Positions 9,426 to 18,246 of a stretch of DNA of 32,000 nucleotides are shown one piece after another. Origin of the DNA: an uncultured Alphaproteobacteria bacterium (GTDB taxonomy: Bacteria > Pseudomonadota > Alphaproteobacteria > Rhizobiales > Devosiaceae); the NCBI GenBank assembly GCA_963717095.1, contig CAVQVF010000005.1, forward strand, positions 360,404 through 392,403, read 5' to 3'. The notes under the pieces were generated by a model. It saw only the letters and a program-made list of their open reading frames with translations. It did not search any database and was not told the DNA's origin. Position 1 is the stretch's first letter. Every line of letters begins with the position of its first letter. The position numbers were made by a program, and so were the translations under genes.

Positions 9426-10703
9426 TCACGGAAGGTTGGTGCGAACCAGCAATTCGTCACCACGCGTCTTGGCTTCGGTCAAAGCCTCCTGCGGGGTCGC
9501 CAGCTCGAACGAGACTTTTTCGAACGCATCGCGCAGATATTGCTGCACTTCCACATAATGGCTGGTCTGGGGCGGTTCATGGGCGTTGATGAAGGCGTTG
9601 AGGAACGTCTTCTCGTTGGGGTGCGTATCGTAATAGGGGTCTTCAAGCAGTTCCTTGCGGACCGGCAACTGCGCCGAGGTTTCGAACCAGGTCCGCTGGC
9701 CCTCCACCGAGGTCAGCCATTCGATCGCCTTGGTCGCCACGGGAATCTTGGCGGGGTCGATATTGGCCATGATGGCGATATTGTCGCCACCCGCGAAACT
9801 CACGGCCGGCCCGTCCGCGGTCATGCGTGGATGCGGCATGATCCCCAGCTCGAAGTCGGGGGCATCGCGCTTGGTGCGCTGGATGACGCCCGGACCGTCG
9901 AAGATCATGGCGACGCGGCCCTGGAGCAGTTCGATCTGCCGGTCGGCTTCAGCCGGAGCGCCGATTGCCGATGGCGGAATGACGTGGTCCACCAGCTGCA
10001 TGTCCATGAGATAGGTCAGCGCCTTGACGCCGGCTTCGCTGTCGAAGGTATATTTCATGGCGGCGCGATCATTGAACTCGCCACCGGCCATCCAGAAATA
10101 AGGCAGCCAGTGGAATGTCGTCAGCGAAGGCTGCGATGGCACGAAGAGGAAACCATAGACATCGGGCTGTCCGTCGCCATCGCGGTCGATGGTCAGCTTC
10201 TTGGCCGCTTCGCGGAATTCGTCCCAGGTCGCTGGCGGATTTTCCGGATCGAGCCCGGCTTCGCGGAACAAGGCCTTGTTGTAGATGACGGCCGACGCGT
10301 CACCGCCGAAGGGCAAGGCATATTGGATGCCTTCGAACTGTCCGGTCTTGAGTGGGCCGGGCGGGAACAGGTCAGTGGAGAGGTTGGGATTTGCGGCGAT
10401 GATGTCGGTGAGTGGCAGCAGCGCATCGAGACGCACGAAGGCCTCGGTGGCCACGACGTCCAGGGCGACCACATCGGGGGCGTTGCCGGCGGCCACCGCG
10501 GCGATCAGCTTGTTGATCTGGTTCTTGCCGCCGGGAATGTATTCGACCTGCAGATCGATATCGGGGTTGGCCGTCTCGAAGGCGTCGAACATCGGTTTTG
10601 CCGCTTCTTCGGCCATGCGCGTCCAAAGCGTAAGCGTGGTCTGTTGCGCCAATGCTGGCGTCGCAATCAGGAGCGTGATGGCTCCCACGATAAGGCCCTT
10701 CAT
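9426..10703 (-). CDS. carbohydrate ABC transporter substrate-binding protein (family 1)
   Basis: 425 aa with signal peptide ([21 protein letters not shown]) and typical sugar SBP pattern ([48 protein letters not shown]). Confidence 0.92.
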   Translation of the reverse strand: MKGLIVGAITLLIATPALAQQTTLTLWTRMAEEAAKPMFDAFETANPDIDLQVEYIPGGKNQINKLIAAVAAGNAPDVVALDVVATEAFVRLDALLPLTDIIAANPNLSTDLFPPGPLKTGQFEGIQYALPFGGDASAVIYNKALFREAGLDPENPPATWDEFREAAKKLTIDRDGDGQPDVYGFLFVPSQPSLTTFHWLPYFWMAGGEFNDRAAMKYTFDSEAGVKALTYLMDMQLVDHVIPPSAIGAPAEADRQIELLQGRVAMIFDGPGVIQRTKRDAPDFELGIMPHPRMTADGPAVSFAGGDNIAIMANIDPAKIPVATKAIEWLTSVEGQRTWFETSAQLPVRKELLEDPYYDTHPNEKTFLNAFINAHEPPQTSHYVEVQQYLRDAFEKVSFELATPQEALTEAKTRGDELLVRTNLP

Positions 10704-10742
10704 TCATTCCTCCCTTAAGGAATTTGTTGATATTGGACTTGT

Positions 10743-11858
10743 CTACCGGCTCGCCACCGCAAAGCGGCGAACCAATTCTTCGTTGACTGTCACGCCGAGC
10801 CCGGGGCCCTGCGGAATGGGGACGCAGCCGTCCTTGTCGAGAGCAAGCCGGTCGCCCAGCAATTCGTCGCGGAGCGGATTGATCGAGATGTCGTATTCCA
10901 GCGGAGCCGCCGGATAGGGGTTCTGCGCTTCCGGCCAGCCAGGACGGGCGGCCAGAAAATGCAGGGTAGCCACCCGGACCAGCTGACCATCGAAGATATG
11001 GGGCACCAGGCGCACGCCATTGGCCTCGGCCAGCGTCCACAGCCGGCGCAAGCGTTCAAAGCCGCCATGCCCCACCAGGTCGGGATTGATGATGTCCATC
11101 GCCCGCATGGCGATAGCCTGTTCGATCATGGCGAAGGGGATGGATTCGGCGCCGGCTACCGGCACGTCGATGGAATTGCGCAGATCGATATGGGGCGGCA
11201 GCGAGGTATTGGGCAGCGGCTCCTCGAACCAGGAAATGCGCTCGAGATTGGTGATGCCACGGATGAAGGTGCGCGCGGAGTGCAGGCTCATGGCGCGATT
11301 GGCATCGACCGCCAGGCGCACGCCCTTGGGCAAGGCCGCGATCACCGCGTTGACCCAGGCGATATCGGCTTCCACCGAGTGCCAGCCGACCTTCATCTTG
11401 AGCGATTTGAAACCCAGGTCCATGGCGCGCATGGCCTCGGCGATCGCATCATCAATGACGTTTTCGGCCTCGGTGACATTTTGCAATGATGCATAGGCAG
11501 GCTGTGCCGGGCGATAGGCGCCGCCGAACATATTCGCCAGGCTCATGCCTGCAGCCTTGCCCTTGATATCCCATAAGGCGATGTCGATGCCGCCGGCCAA
11601 CTGCAGATCGAAGCGGGCGATAGCGTCTACGAGGCTGAGCGCCTCCTGGAAGCTGCTGCCTTCCAGCAGGGTTGCAGCTTCATCCCAGGATTGGGAAACG
11701 GGACGGTAACCGAAGCTCTCACCCCAACCGACCAGGCCCGATTCTGTCTCCAGCCGGATGAGGACACAAGCCCGGTGCGTTTTCAGCCCATTGGCATCGC
11801 CGTAGCGCTTTTCCAGCGGGTAGCGCAGATGCCAAAAATTCACGCGTGCGATCTTCAA
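10743..11858 (-). CDS. mandelate racemase/muconate lactonizing enzyme family protein (enolase superfamily)
   Basis: 371 aa with K-x-K motif (FKSLKMKVG), metal ligand regions VDANRAMS, WFEEPL, AGAES, and C-terminal VPHIFDGQL. Confidence 0.88.
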   Translation of the reverse strand: MKIARVNFWHLRYPLEKRYGDANGLKTHRACVLIRLETESGLVGWGESFGYRPVSQSWDEAATLLEGSSFQEALSLVDAIARFDLQLAGGIDIALWDIKGKAAGMSLANMFGGAYRPAQPAYASLQNVTEAENVIDDAIAEAMRAMDLGFKSLKMKVGWHSVEADIAWVNAVIAALPKGVRLAVDANRAMSLHSARTFIRGITNLERISWFEEPLPNTSLPPHIDLRNSIDVPVAGAESIPFAMIEQAIAMRAMDIINPDLVGHGGFERLRRLWTLAEANGVRLVPHIFDGQLVRVATLHFLAARPGWPEAQNPYPAAPLEYDISINPLRDELLGDRLALDKDGCVPIPQGPGLGVTVNEELVRRFAVASR

Positions 11859-11911
11859 GTGGACCTCCCTATTTTTTATAGATCCCTAAGCGAGACCGTG
11901 ATTTTCAGTGT

Positions 11912-12002
11912 ATGGTAGTATACGAAGCCATCCCGTCAACCCGATTTATCGCGAGGGTGCCGGATTTTTCCGGATTGCTGGATGTTCTTCGAATGGTAGT
12001 AT
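11912..12002. promoter_or_regulatory. divergent regulatory region with a repeated ATGGTAGTAT motif (11912-11921 and 11993-12002)
   Basis: The exact 10-mer ATGGTAGTAT occurs twice, 81 bp apart, between the enolase-superfamily gene and the GntR gene; the first copy runs into GTATAC (11918-11923). Confidence 0.4.
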
Positions 12003-12017
12003 GGGCTGATATGCATT

Positions 12018-12800
12018 TTGGGCGGTCGGGCCGACGACGCCTCAATTGCGGCGCAGCCGATCGTGCTGCCAAACTTGCCGCTGGATTGGATCCGAGCCGT
12101 GAACAGTCAAATAACCGCCGAGCCGACCTTCAAATTCGCCGATGGGGGTTCGTCGGTGGCTATTCAGCTGCGTGCCGAATTGCTGCGGGCCATCATCTCG
12201 CTGGAGATGCGGCCCGGCACCAGAATCTCGGAAAGCGAAATTGCCCAGCGCTATGGCGTGTCGCGGCAGCCGGTCCGGGAGGCGGTGATTTCGCTGGCGC
12301 AAACCGGATTGGTCAAGACGATGCCGCAGCGCGGCACCACTGTGGTGCCGATTTCGGTGCGTCAAATGCTTGATGCGCGTTTCGTGCGCGAGGCGATCGA
12401 GACGGCGGTGGCACGCCAGGCGGCGGAGTTTTGCGCACCGCAGGCACGGCGCCAGCTCGACAATATCATCATGCAGCAGGAGCTGGCGGTGGCCAGTTCC
12501 GATCGCGACACGTTCTTCCGCTATGATGAGGCATTTCACTACACACTCTGCGTCGGCGTCGGCTCGGAGATTGCCTGGGAAAGCATCAAGAACGTCAAGG
12601 TGCATATGGATCGCGTCTGCAGCCTGACGCTGAAGAATACTCAGTCGATGGCGCCGCTGATCGTCGAGCACAAGGCGATCCTGGCGGCCATCGATGCCCG
12701 TGACCCGGTACTGGCAGGGGAGAGCATGAGCCTGCATCTGCATGGCATATTGAGCTCACTGCCCAAGGTGGAAGCCGAACACCCCGAACTGTTCGAGTAG
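12018..12800 (+). CDS. GntR family transcriptional regulator, FCD (FadR-type) subfamily
   Basis: wHTH sequence MRPGTRISESEIAQRYGVSRQPVREAVISLAQTGLVKTMPQRGTTVVPIS followed by an FCD-like effector domain. TTG at 12018 is the ORF start; the true start could be further in. Confidence 0.88.
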   Translation: MGGRADDASIAAQPIVLPNLPLDWIRAVNSQITAEPTFKFADGGSSVAIQLRAELLRAIISLEMRPGTRISESEIAQRYGVSRQPVREAVISLAQTGLVKTMPQRGTTVVPISVRQMLDARFVREAIETAVARQAAEFCAPQARRQLDNIIMQQELAVASSDRDTFFRYDEAFHYTLCVGVGSEIAWESIKNVKVHMDRVCSLTLKNTQSMAPLIVEHKAILAAIDARDPVLAGESMSLHLHGILSSLPKVEAEHPELFE

Positions 12801-12854
12801 CAGGGTCGAGCCGAATAATCGCCAGTGCCAAGCTGGCCCGGATTGGAGGATCCC

Positions 12855-13913
12855 ATGTCGCGCGTGATCATCGAGAACATCAAGAAAAGCTATGGCGCCG
12901 TCGAGGTGTTGCATGGGGTTTCCATTGACATAGCGGATGGAGAATTCGTCGTTCTGGTCGGTCCGTCCGGCTGCGGAAAGTCCACGCTGCTGCGCATGAT
13001 CGCGGGACTGGAAGGCATATCGGGCGGCGATGTCATCATTGGGGACCGGATCGTCAACGATCTGCCGCCCAAGGAGCGCGATATCGCCATGGTGTTCCAG
13101 AGCTACGCGCTTTATCCGCACATGACCGTGGCGCAAAATATGGGCTTTGCCCTCAAGCTGGCCCGCGCCAGCCGCGCCGAAGTGGACAAACGGATCGGCA
13201 ACGCCGCCGAAATTCTCAGCCTGACGCCGTACCTGGAGCGCTATCCCCGCGAGCTTTCGGGTGGGCAGCGCCAGCGCGTGGCGATGGGGCGGGCTATCGT
13301 GCGCGATCCGCAGGTGTTCCTGTTCGATGAGCCGCTGTCCAATCTGGATGCTAAACTGCGGGTGCAGATGCGCGCCGAAATCAAGGAACTGCACCAGCGC
13401 CTCAAGACCACCACGGTTTATGTCACCCATGACCAGATCGAGGCCATGACCATGGCGGACAAGATCGTGGTGATGAACGCTGGCATCATCGAGCAGATCG
13501 GCACGCCGCTTGAGCTGTATGACCGGCCAAAAAACCTGTTCGTGGCTGGTTTCATGGGGTCGCCGGCGATGAATTTCCTGTCCGGCACAGCCAAGGTTAA
13601 TGGTTCTGTTGGCGTCTCCACCAATGGCGTAGACCTGCCCTTGACCCAGACCGGGGCGGCAATTGATGGCCAGGCGGTAGTCTACGGCATCAGGCCGGAA
13701 CACCTGGAGCTTGCAGACTCAGGCATTCCCGTTACCGTCAGCGTGGTGGAGCCGACCGGATCGGAAACCCAGGTTTATCTCAAATTTGGCGGCACCGATT
13801 TGATGGCAGTGTTTCGCGACCGGCACGATTTCCGCCCTGGGCAGGCAATCTATGTTAAGCCGCGAATGGAAAAAGCTCATCTCTTCGACGGCGCCAGTGG
13901 CGGACGGCTTTGA
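12855..13913 (+). CDS. ABC transporter ATP-binding protein, UgpC/MsmK/MalK family
   Basis: Walker A GPSGCGKST, signature LSGGQRQRVAMGRA, Walker B VFLFDEPLSNLD, C-terminal TOBE region. ATG 12855 follows GGAGGA. Confidence 0.93.
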   Translation: MSRVIIENIKKSYGAVEVLHGVSIDIADGEFVVLVGPSGCGKSTLLRMIAGLEGISGGDVIIGDRIVNDLPPKERDIAMVFQSYALYPHMTVAQNMGFALKLARASRAEVDKRIGNAAEILSLTPYLERYPRELSGGQRQRVAMGRAIVRDPQVFLFDEPLSNLDAKLRVQMRAEIKELHQRLKTTTVYVTHDQIEAMTMADKIVVMNAGIIEQIGTPLELYDRPKNLFVAGFMGSPAMNFLSGTAKVNGSVGVSTNGVDLPLTQTGAAIDGQAVVYGIRPEHLELADSGIPVTVSVVEPTGSETQVYLKFGGTDLMAVFRDRHDFRPGQAIYVKPRMEKAHLFDGASGGRL

Positions 13914-14237
13914 GGAGCCCATTCCGATGGGATTGAGCCCGGGCTGAAGAGGTACAACAGGATCCACGCCCGTTTCGCTCTGATCATCGCCTTGGCCTTT
14001 GCCCCTTGCGGTTGGCTTCGTCCTAGACGACGACATGCGCCTTGGCGGCCCAGCCGGTACGTTTAGTGAATGCATCCCAGGGAATAGCCCTCCCCACCCT
14101 GGTGCCGGTGTCACCCTCACCCACCATTCCCTCGAACAGAGCATTGAAGAGGCGTGCCAGTGGCCGTGATATAGAAATCGGCGCTGGACCGCCTCGCGTG
14201 GCGAATCTATGGGTAACTGCTGAAATGAAGGCGCAGG

Positions 14238-15299
14238 ATGTCCAAAGACGTTAGCTACAAACGGCCAAAACTCAGCGACGTTGCCCGCGAAGCCGGGGTT
14301 TCTCCGGCGACTGTGTCGCGTGTATTGAACCATCCGGGAATCGTTCGCCCCGATTTGCAGGCCAAGGTACGGCGGGCAATCACGGCGCTCGGTTATGCCC
14401 CCGATGCGGTGGCGCGCGCCCTCAGCCTGGGGCGCAGCAGCACGATCGGCGCGGTGATTCCAACCCTGGGCATGACCGTTTTCGCCAATGGCACCGCCGC
14501 GTTGCAGTCGCGGCTGCGCGAGCATGGCTATACCCTGCTCATCACCAATTCGGAATATGATGGCGACCGGGAGCTGGAAGAGATCAAGGTCCTGCTCGAA
14601 CGCGGCGTGGATGGTCTCGTGCTGGTCGGCGACATGGTCAGCGCCGCCGCCGTGACCCTGGCCGGGCAATACCGCGTGCCGGTCATCACCACCTATGTCA
14701 ACGAGTCGCAATTCGCCGTGCCGGCTATCGGTATCGACAACGCTGAAGCCATGAACCGCGTGCTGCAACTGCTGCTCGACCTGGGCCACCGCGAATTTGG
14801 CGTCATCACCGATGTGGCCCCCCACAATGACCGTCAGCGGGCACGGCGGCGCGGCCTGTTCGCGGCGTTCCAGACCGCCGGCATTTCACTGGCGCCGCGC
14901 CGCATTGCCGAAGTTCCCTATTCGGTGGCCAATGGGCGCTCGGCATTCCGTCGCCTGATGACCATGGAGCCCGATGTCACCGCCGTCATCTGCAGCTCCG
15001 ACGCATTCGCCATCGGTGCTCTCGCCGAGAGCCGGGTGCTCGGCCTCAACGTGCCACGCGACGTCTCGGTGACGGGGTACGATGATGTCGATATTTCCCT
15101 CCACACCGATCCACCGCTGACCACGGTCAACGTGCCGGCTGCGATGATCGGTCGGCTGGCGGCCGATCATATTGTGGCGGCGCTCAATGGCTGGACGCCG
15201 CCTGCGACCACCAAGCTACCCACCCAGATCATGATCCGGGGCTCCTCCGCGCCGCCCCGCCAATCGCCCCCTAAAGGGCTGCGCTCAACCGAGCGCTGA
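14238..15299 (+). CDS. LacI family transcriptional regulator
   Basis: HTH PKLSDVAREAGVSPATVSRVLNHPGIVRPDLQAKVRRAITALGYAPDAVARAL followed by a periplasmic-binding-like domain. Confidence 0.93.
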   Translation: MSKDVSYKRPKLSDVAREAGVSPATVSRVLNHPGIVRPDLQAKVRRAITALGYAPDAVARALSLGRSSTIGAVIPTLGMTVFANGTAALQSRLREHGYTLLITNSEYDGDRELEEIKVLLERGVDGLVLVGDMVSAAAVTLAGQYRVPVITTYVNESQFAVPAIGIDNAEAMNRVLQLLLDLGHREFGVITDVAPHNDRQRARRRGLFAAFQTAGISLAPRRIAEVPYSVANGRSAFRRLMTMEPDVTAVICSSDAFAIGALAESRVLGLNVPRDVSVTGYDDVDISLHTDPPLTTVNVPAAMIGRLAADHIVAALNGWTPPATTKLPTQIMIRGSSAPPRQSPPKGLRSTER

Positions 15300-16458
15300 G
15301 CGCATGCAGCCGCCCCGGGAAAGCCAGCCGGGTCAAGGCTTCGGCGAAATAATAGTCGCCAAACAGCACCGCGCTATCGGTGCCGATATTATGCGGCTTG
15401 GAATAGCAACCGTGCAGCAGAATGCCGCGATGGGCCGGATCACGGGCCAGATAATGCTCACACAGCGCGCGCAAGGTCTTTTCCGCCTCCTGCCGCCAAT
15501 ATGCGGCGCGGCCGCTGTCGGGATGCAGGTCCGCCATGTTCAGATAGGCTGACGCGATGATGGCAGCGGTCGCTGAATCGCGCGGCGCATTGGGGATTGC
15601 GGGATCGTCGAAATCCCAGAACGGGATCGCGTGCTCCCCCAGCCGGGCTGCATAATAGGCGGCCAATTGCTCGGCCAGTGCCAGGTATTCGAGCTTGCCG
15701 GTCGCGTCCGCCGTAGCCGCATAGCCATAAATGGCCCAGGCTTGGCCCCGCGACCACGCCGATTCATCGCCATGGCCCTGGAACGTGAAGCCCCGCTGCC
15801 GCGTGCCGCTGGGCAGGTCATATTCCACCGCATGATAGGTCGAATTATCCGGGCGGATGAAGCTGCCCCGAGTGGTCCTGGCATGGGCTTCGCCGGCCAG
15901 CCGGGAGCTGCCGTCATCGGCATAATCGGCGGCCCAATACAACAGCGACAGGTTCGCCATGGTGTCGATGGCCGAACTGCGCCGCCCGCGCGGATCGGAG
16001 AGCGGACCCCAGGATGAAATGTACCCACCCTGGTCCGTAGTAACGAGGCGGCTGCGCAGGCGGTCCGCGGCGCAAAGCGCCACATCGGCATAATGTGTGT
16101 CACCGGTCAGCGTGAACAGCGGAACGGCGCTGCTCCAGAACAGGAAGCCGATATCGTGGGTATTGCCGTCCTTGGCGCGCGGCACCAGCAGTTGGAAGCG
16201 TTCCCTTGCCAGTTCGAGATGCCGGCTATTGCCGCTCTGCAGATGGCCGGCCAGCAGCAGCCCGATCCAGAAACCGGAAAACCAGTTGCCGTGGCTCCAT
16301 CCCGTCTCGGAATAGCCGGCGGACAGCGATGCCGGCATGAGCTGCCAAGTGCCGTCCGGCGCGGTGACATAAGGAAAGGCCGAACCGAGGACTGCTTCGT
16401 CCTCCAGGGTCTTCTGCGCGATCAGGGCGAGGGCTTCGGCCTGCCAGGGCTCGGTCAT
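15271..16458 (-). CDS. glycoside hydrolase family 88 protein, unsaturated glucuronyl hydrolase
   Basis: 395 aa with GH88-like motifs (DIGFLFWSSAVPLFTLTG, GRRSSAIDTMANLSLLYWAA, FTFQGHGDESAWSRGQAWAIYGYA, IPFWDFDDPAIPNAPRDSATAAIIASA). Confidence 0.88.
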   Translation of the reverse strand: MTEPWQAEALALIAQKTLEDEAVLGSAFPYVTAPDGTWQLMPASLSAGYSETGWSHGNWFSGFWIGLLLAGHLQSGNSRHLELARERFQLLVPRAKDGNTHDIGFLFWSSAVPLFTLTGDTHYADVALCAADRLRSRLVTTDQGGYISSWGPLSDPRGRRSSAIDTMANLSLLYWAADYADDGSSRLAGEAHARTTRGSFIRPDNSTYHAVEYDLPSGTRQRGFTFQGHGDESAWSRGQAWAIYGYAATADATGKLEYLALAEQLAAYYAARLGEHAIPFWDFDDPAIPNAPRDSATAAIIASAYLNMADLHPDSGRAAYWRQEAEKTLRALCEHYLARDPAHRGILLHGCYSKPHNIGTDSAVLFGDYYFAEALTRLAFPGRLHALSARLSAAL

Positions 16459-16493
16459 TGGTCGTACTCCATTGGGTTTGTGCGCGATGCCGG

Positions 16494-16525
16494 TTGACAG
16501 AGCGGACGCGATTGCCCCTTATAGT
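16494..16525 (+). promoter_or_regulatory. possible sigma70-type promoter (TTGACA ... TTATAGT)
   Basis: TTGACA at 16494-16499 and TTATAG at 16519-16524, with a long 19-nt spacer, upstream of the CoA-transferase gene. Confidence 0.3.
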
Positions 16526-16526
16526 T

Positions 16527-16542
16527 CTGAAAGCGCTTTCAG
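16527..16542. promoter_or_regulatory. LacI-family operator CTGAAAGCGCTTTCAG
   Basis: Perfect 16-bp palindrome with the central CG and TGAAAGCGCTTTCA core typical of LacI/GalR-family operators; in the divergent GH88/CoA-transferase intergenic region. Confidence 0.75.
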
Positions 16543-16577
16543 GCAACAATTGGAAAGCGAACGAAAGGGTTTGAAAC

Positions 16578-17774
16578 TTGGTTCTGGACGGTTTGAAGGT
16601 CATCAATTTCTGCCACTACCTTCAGGGCCCGGCTGCGATGCAGTACCTGGCCGATATGGGCGCGGACGTCATCAAGATCGAGCCGCGCGGCGGTGCCTTC
16701 GAGCGGGAATGGGCCGGGGCAGGGGTCGCCAGGGTCGGGGGTGTCAGCGCGCTCTATCTCTGCGGCAACCGCAATGTGCGCAGCCTCTCCATGGACCTCA
16801 AGCATCCCGAAGCCAAGGAAGTGGTTTACCGCCTGCTGGACCAAAGCCACGTGCTGGCGGAGAATTTCCGCCCCGGCGCGCTCGATCGTCTCGGCTTCGG
16901 CTATGACGCGGTCCGCCGGCGCAAGCCCGATATCATTTATGCCTCCGCATCCGGCTTTGGCTCCACCGGCCCGTTCGCTCGCCGTCCGGGGCAGGATCTG
17001 CTGGTCCAGGCCATGTCGGGCCTGACCACGGTCAGCGGCGACGGCCGCACGCCGGTGCCGGTCGGCCTGGCCGCTGCCGATCAGCATGGCGCGGCGCTGA
17101 TGGCGCTGGGCATAGCCGGTGCCTATGCGCGCTGGCAGTCCAGCGGCGAAGGCACGCGCGTCGAGGCCACGTTATTCGGTGCCGCGATCGACCTGCAGAA
17201 CGAGTCCATCGTCACCTATCATGCCGCCAACCAAGGCCGCGAAGCCCTGATGCGCGATGCCCGGCTGGCCACCTGGTATCACGAGGCGCCCTATGGCGTT
17301 TACCCGATCAAGGACGGTTTCCTCGCTCTGTCCATGACGACACTGGAAGCGCTTTCAGAAGCGCTTGGCGATCCAGGGCTCAAGGCCCTGGTGGGCTGCG
17401 ATCCCTATGTCGAGCGCGACCGGGTTGCGGCTGCGACCGCCGCGGCGCTTGCCGGGCGCGGCTATGCCGATCTCGCCGCGGCCCTGGAAGTCGGCAAAAT
17501 CTGGTTTGCCCGCGTCGAGGATTATGACGACCTGATGGTCAATCCCCAGGCAATCCACAATGGCGCCTTCCAGTCCGTGCCGGTCAACGGTGCGACGGCC
17601 ACCCTGGTCAGCCACCCCGTCAGCTATGACGGCGTCGTTCCGCCGGTGCGATCCATGTCGCTATCCGCCGGCTCGGACACGCTCTCGATCCTTGAAGACG
17701 CCGGTTTCGATCCCTCGGAGCTGAACGATCTTCTGCGCAACCAGGTTATCTTCACCGCGGAGCAGGCAGCGTGA
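16578..17774 (+). CDS. CoA transferase, CaiB/BaiF family III
   Basis: 398 aa, LDGLKVINFCHYLQGPAAMQYLADMGADVIKIEPRGG ... NRNVRSLSMDLKHPEAKEVVYRLLDQSHVLAENFRPGALDRLGFGYDAVRRRKPDIIYASASGFG; TTG start. Confidence 0.92.
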   Translation: MVLDGLKVINFCHYLQGPAAMQYLADMGADVIKIEPRGGAFEREWAGAGVARVGGVSALYLCGNRNVRSLSMDLKHPEAKEVVYRLLDQSHVLAENFRPGALDRLGFGYDAVRRRKPDIIYASASGFGSTGPFARRPGQDLLVQAMSGLTTVSGDGRTPVPVGLAAADQHGAALMALGIAGAYARWQSSGEGTRVEATLFGAAIDLQNESIVTYHAANQGREALMRDARLATWYHEAPYGVYPIKDGFLALSMTTLEALSEALGDPGLKALVGCDPYVERDRVAAATAAALAGRGYADLAAALEVGKIWFARVEDYDDLMVNPQAIHNGAFQSVPVNGATATLVSHPVSYDGVVPPVRSMSLSAGSDTLSILEDAGFDPSELNDLLRNQVIFTAEQAA

Positions 17775-18214
17775 GTGACACCGAATTTTTCGTGGCGATC
17801 GGCGACGAAGTCAGCTTTTCCAAAACCGTTGGCGAGTCCGACGTTTACATGTTTGCCGGCATCACCGGCGATCTGTCGTCCAACCACGTCAACGAGCAGG
17901 CCATGAGCCGCTCCAAATTCGGCCGCCGCGTTGCCCATGGCGCCTTGCTGGTCGGCTTCATGTCCACCGGTTCGACGCGCCTGATCGAGACCTTCGGTCA
18001 ATCGGCGCTGGGCACCGCGACCGCCGTGTCGCTGGGCTATGACCGGGTCCGTTTCGTGGCGCCGGTGTTTTTCGGCGACACGATCACAGTTCGCTACCGA
18101 GTTAACCGGCTGGAGCCGGAACGGCAGCGCAGTTATGGCGAGATAACCGTCGTCAACCAGAATGGAACGGTCGTGGCCGTTGCAGAGAACATCCTCAAGT
18201 GGGTGGCCGATTAG
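17771..18214 (+). CDS. MaoC-like (R)-specific enoyl-CoA hydratase/dehydratase
   Basis: 147 aa. Hotdog-fold hydratase motif FAGITGDLSSNHVNEQAM...GRRVAHGALLVGFMS; GTG start overlapping the upstream stop (GTGA). Confidence 0.88.
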   Translation: MSDTEFFVAIGDEVSFSKTVGESDVYMFAGITGDLSSNHVNEQAMSRSKFGRRVAHGALLVGFMSTGSTRLIETFGQSALGTATAVSLGYDRVRFVAPVFFGDTITVRYRVNRLEPERQRSYGEITVVNQNGTVVAVAENILKWVAD

Positions 18215-18246
18215 TTCGGCAAGTTCGTAAAAAGGGAGACTACCAA

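Noticed and set aside
9288-10718. 476-aa plus-strand ORF
   Set aside because: Antisense to the clear sugar SBP gene on the minus strand. Its composition (rich in H, R, G, D) is typical of mirror ORFs in GC-rich DNA and there are no family motifs.
13719-14825. 368-aa minus-strand ORF over the spacer and lacI
   Set aside because: Antisense to a convincing LacI-family gene; no motifs in the spacer portion.
15271-15299. 29-bp convergent overlap of lacI and GH88 3' ends as a special regulatory feature
   Set aside because: Short tail-to-tail overlaps are common in compact bacterial genomes, and nothing else supports a function.
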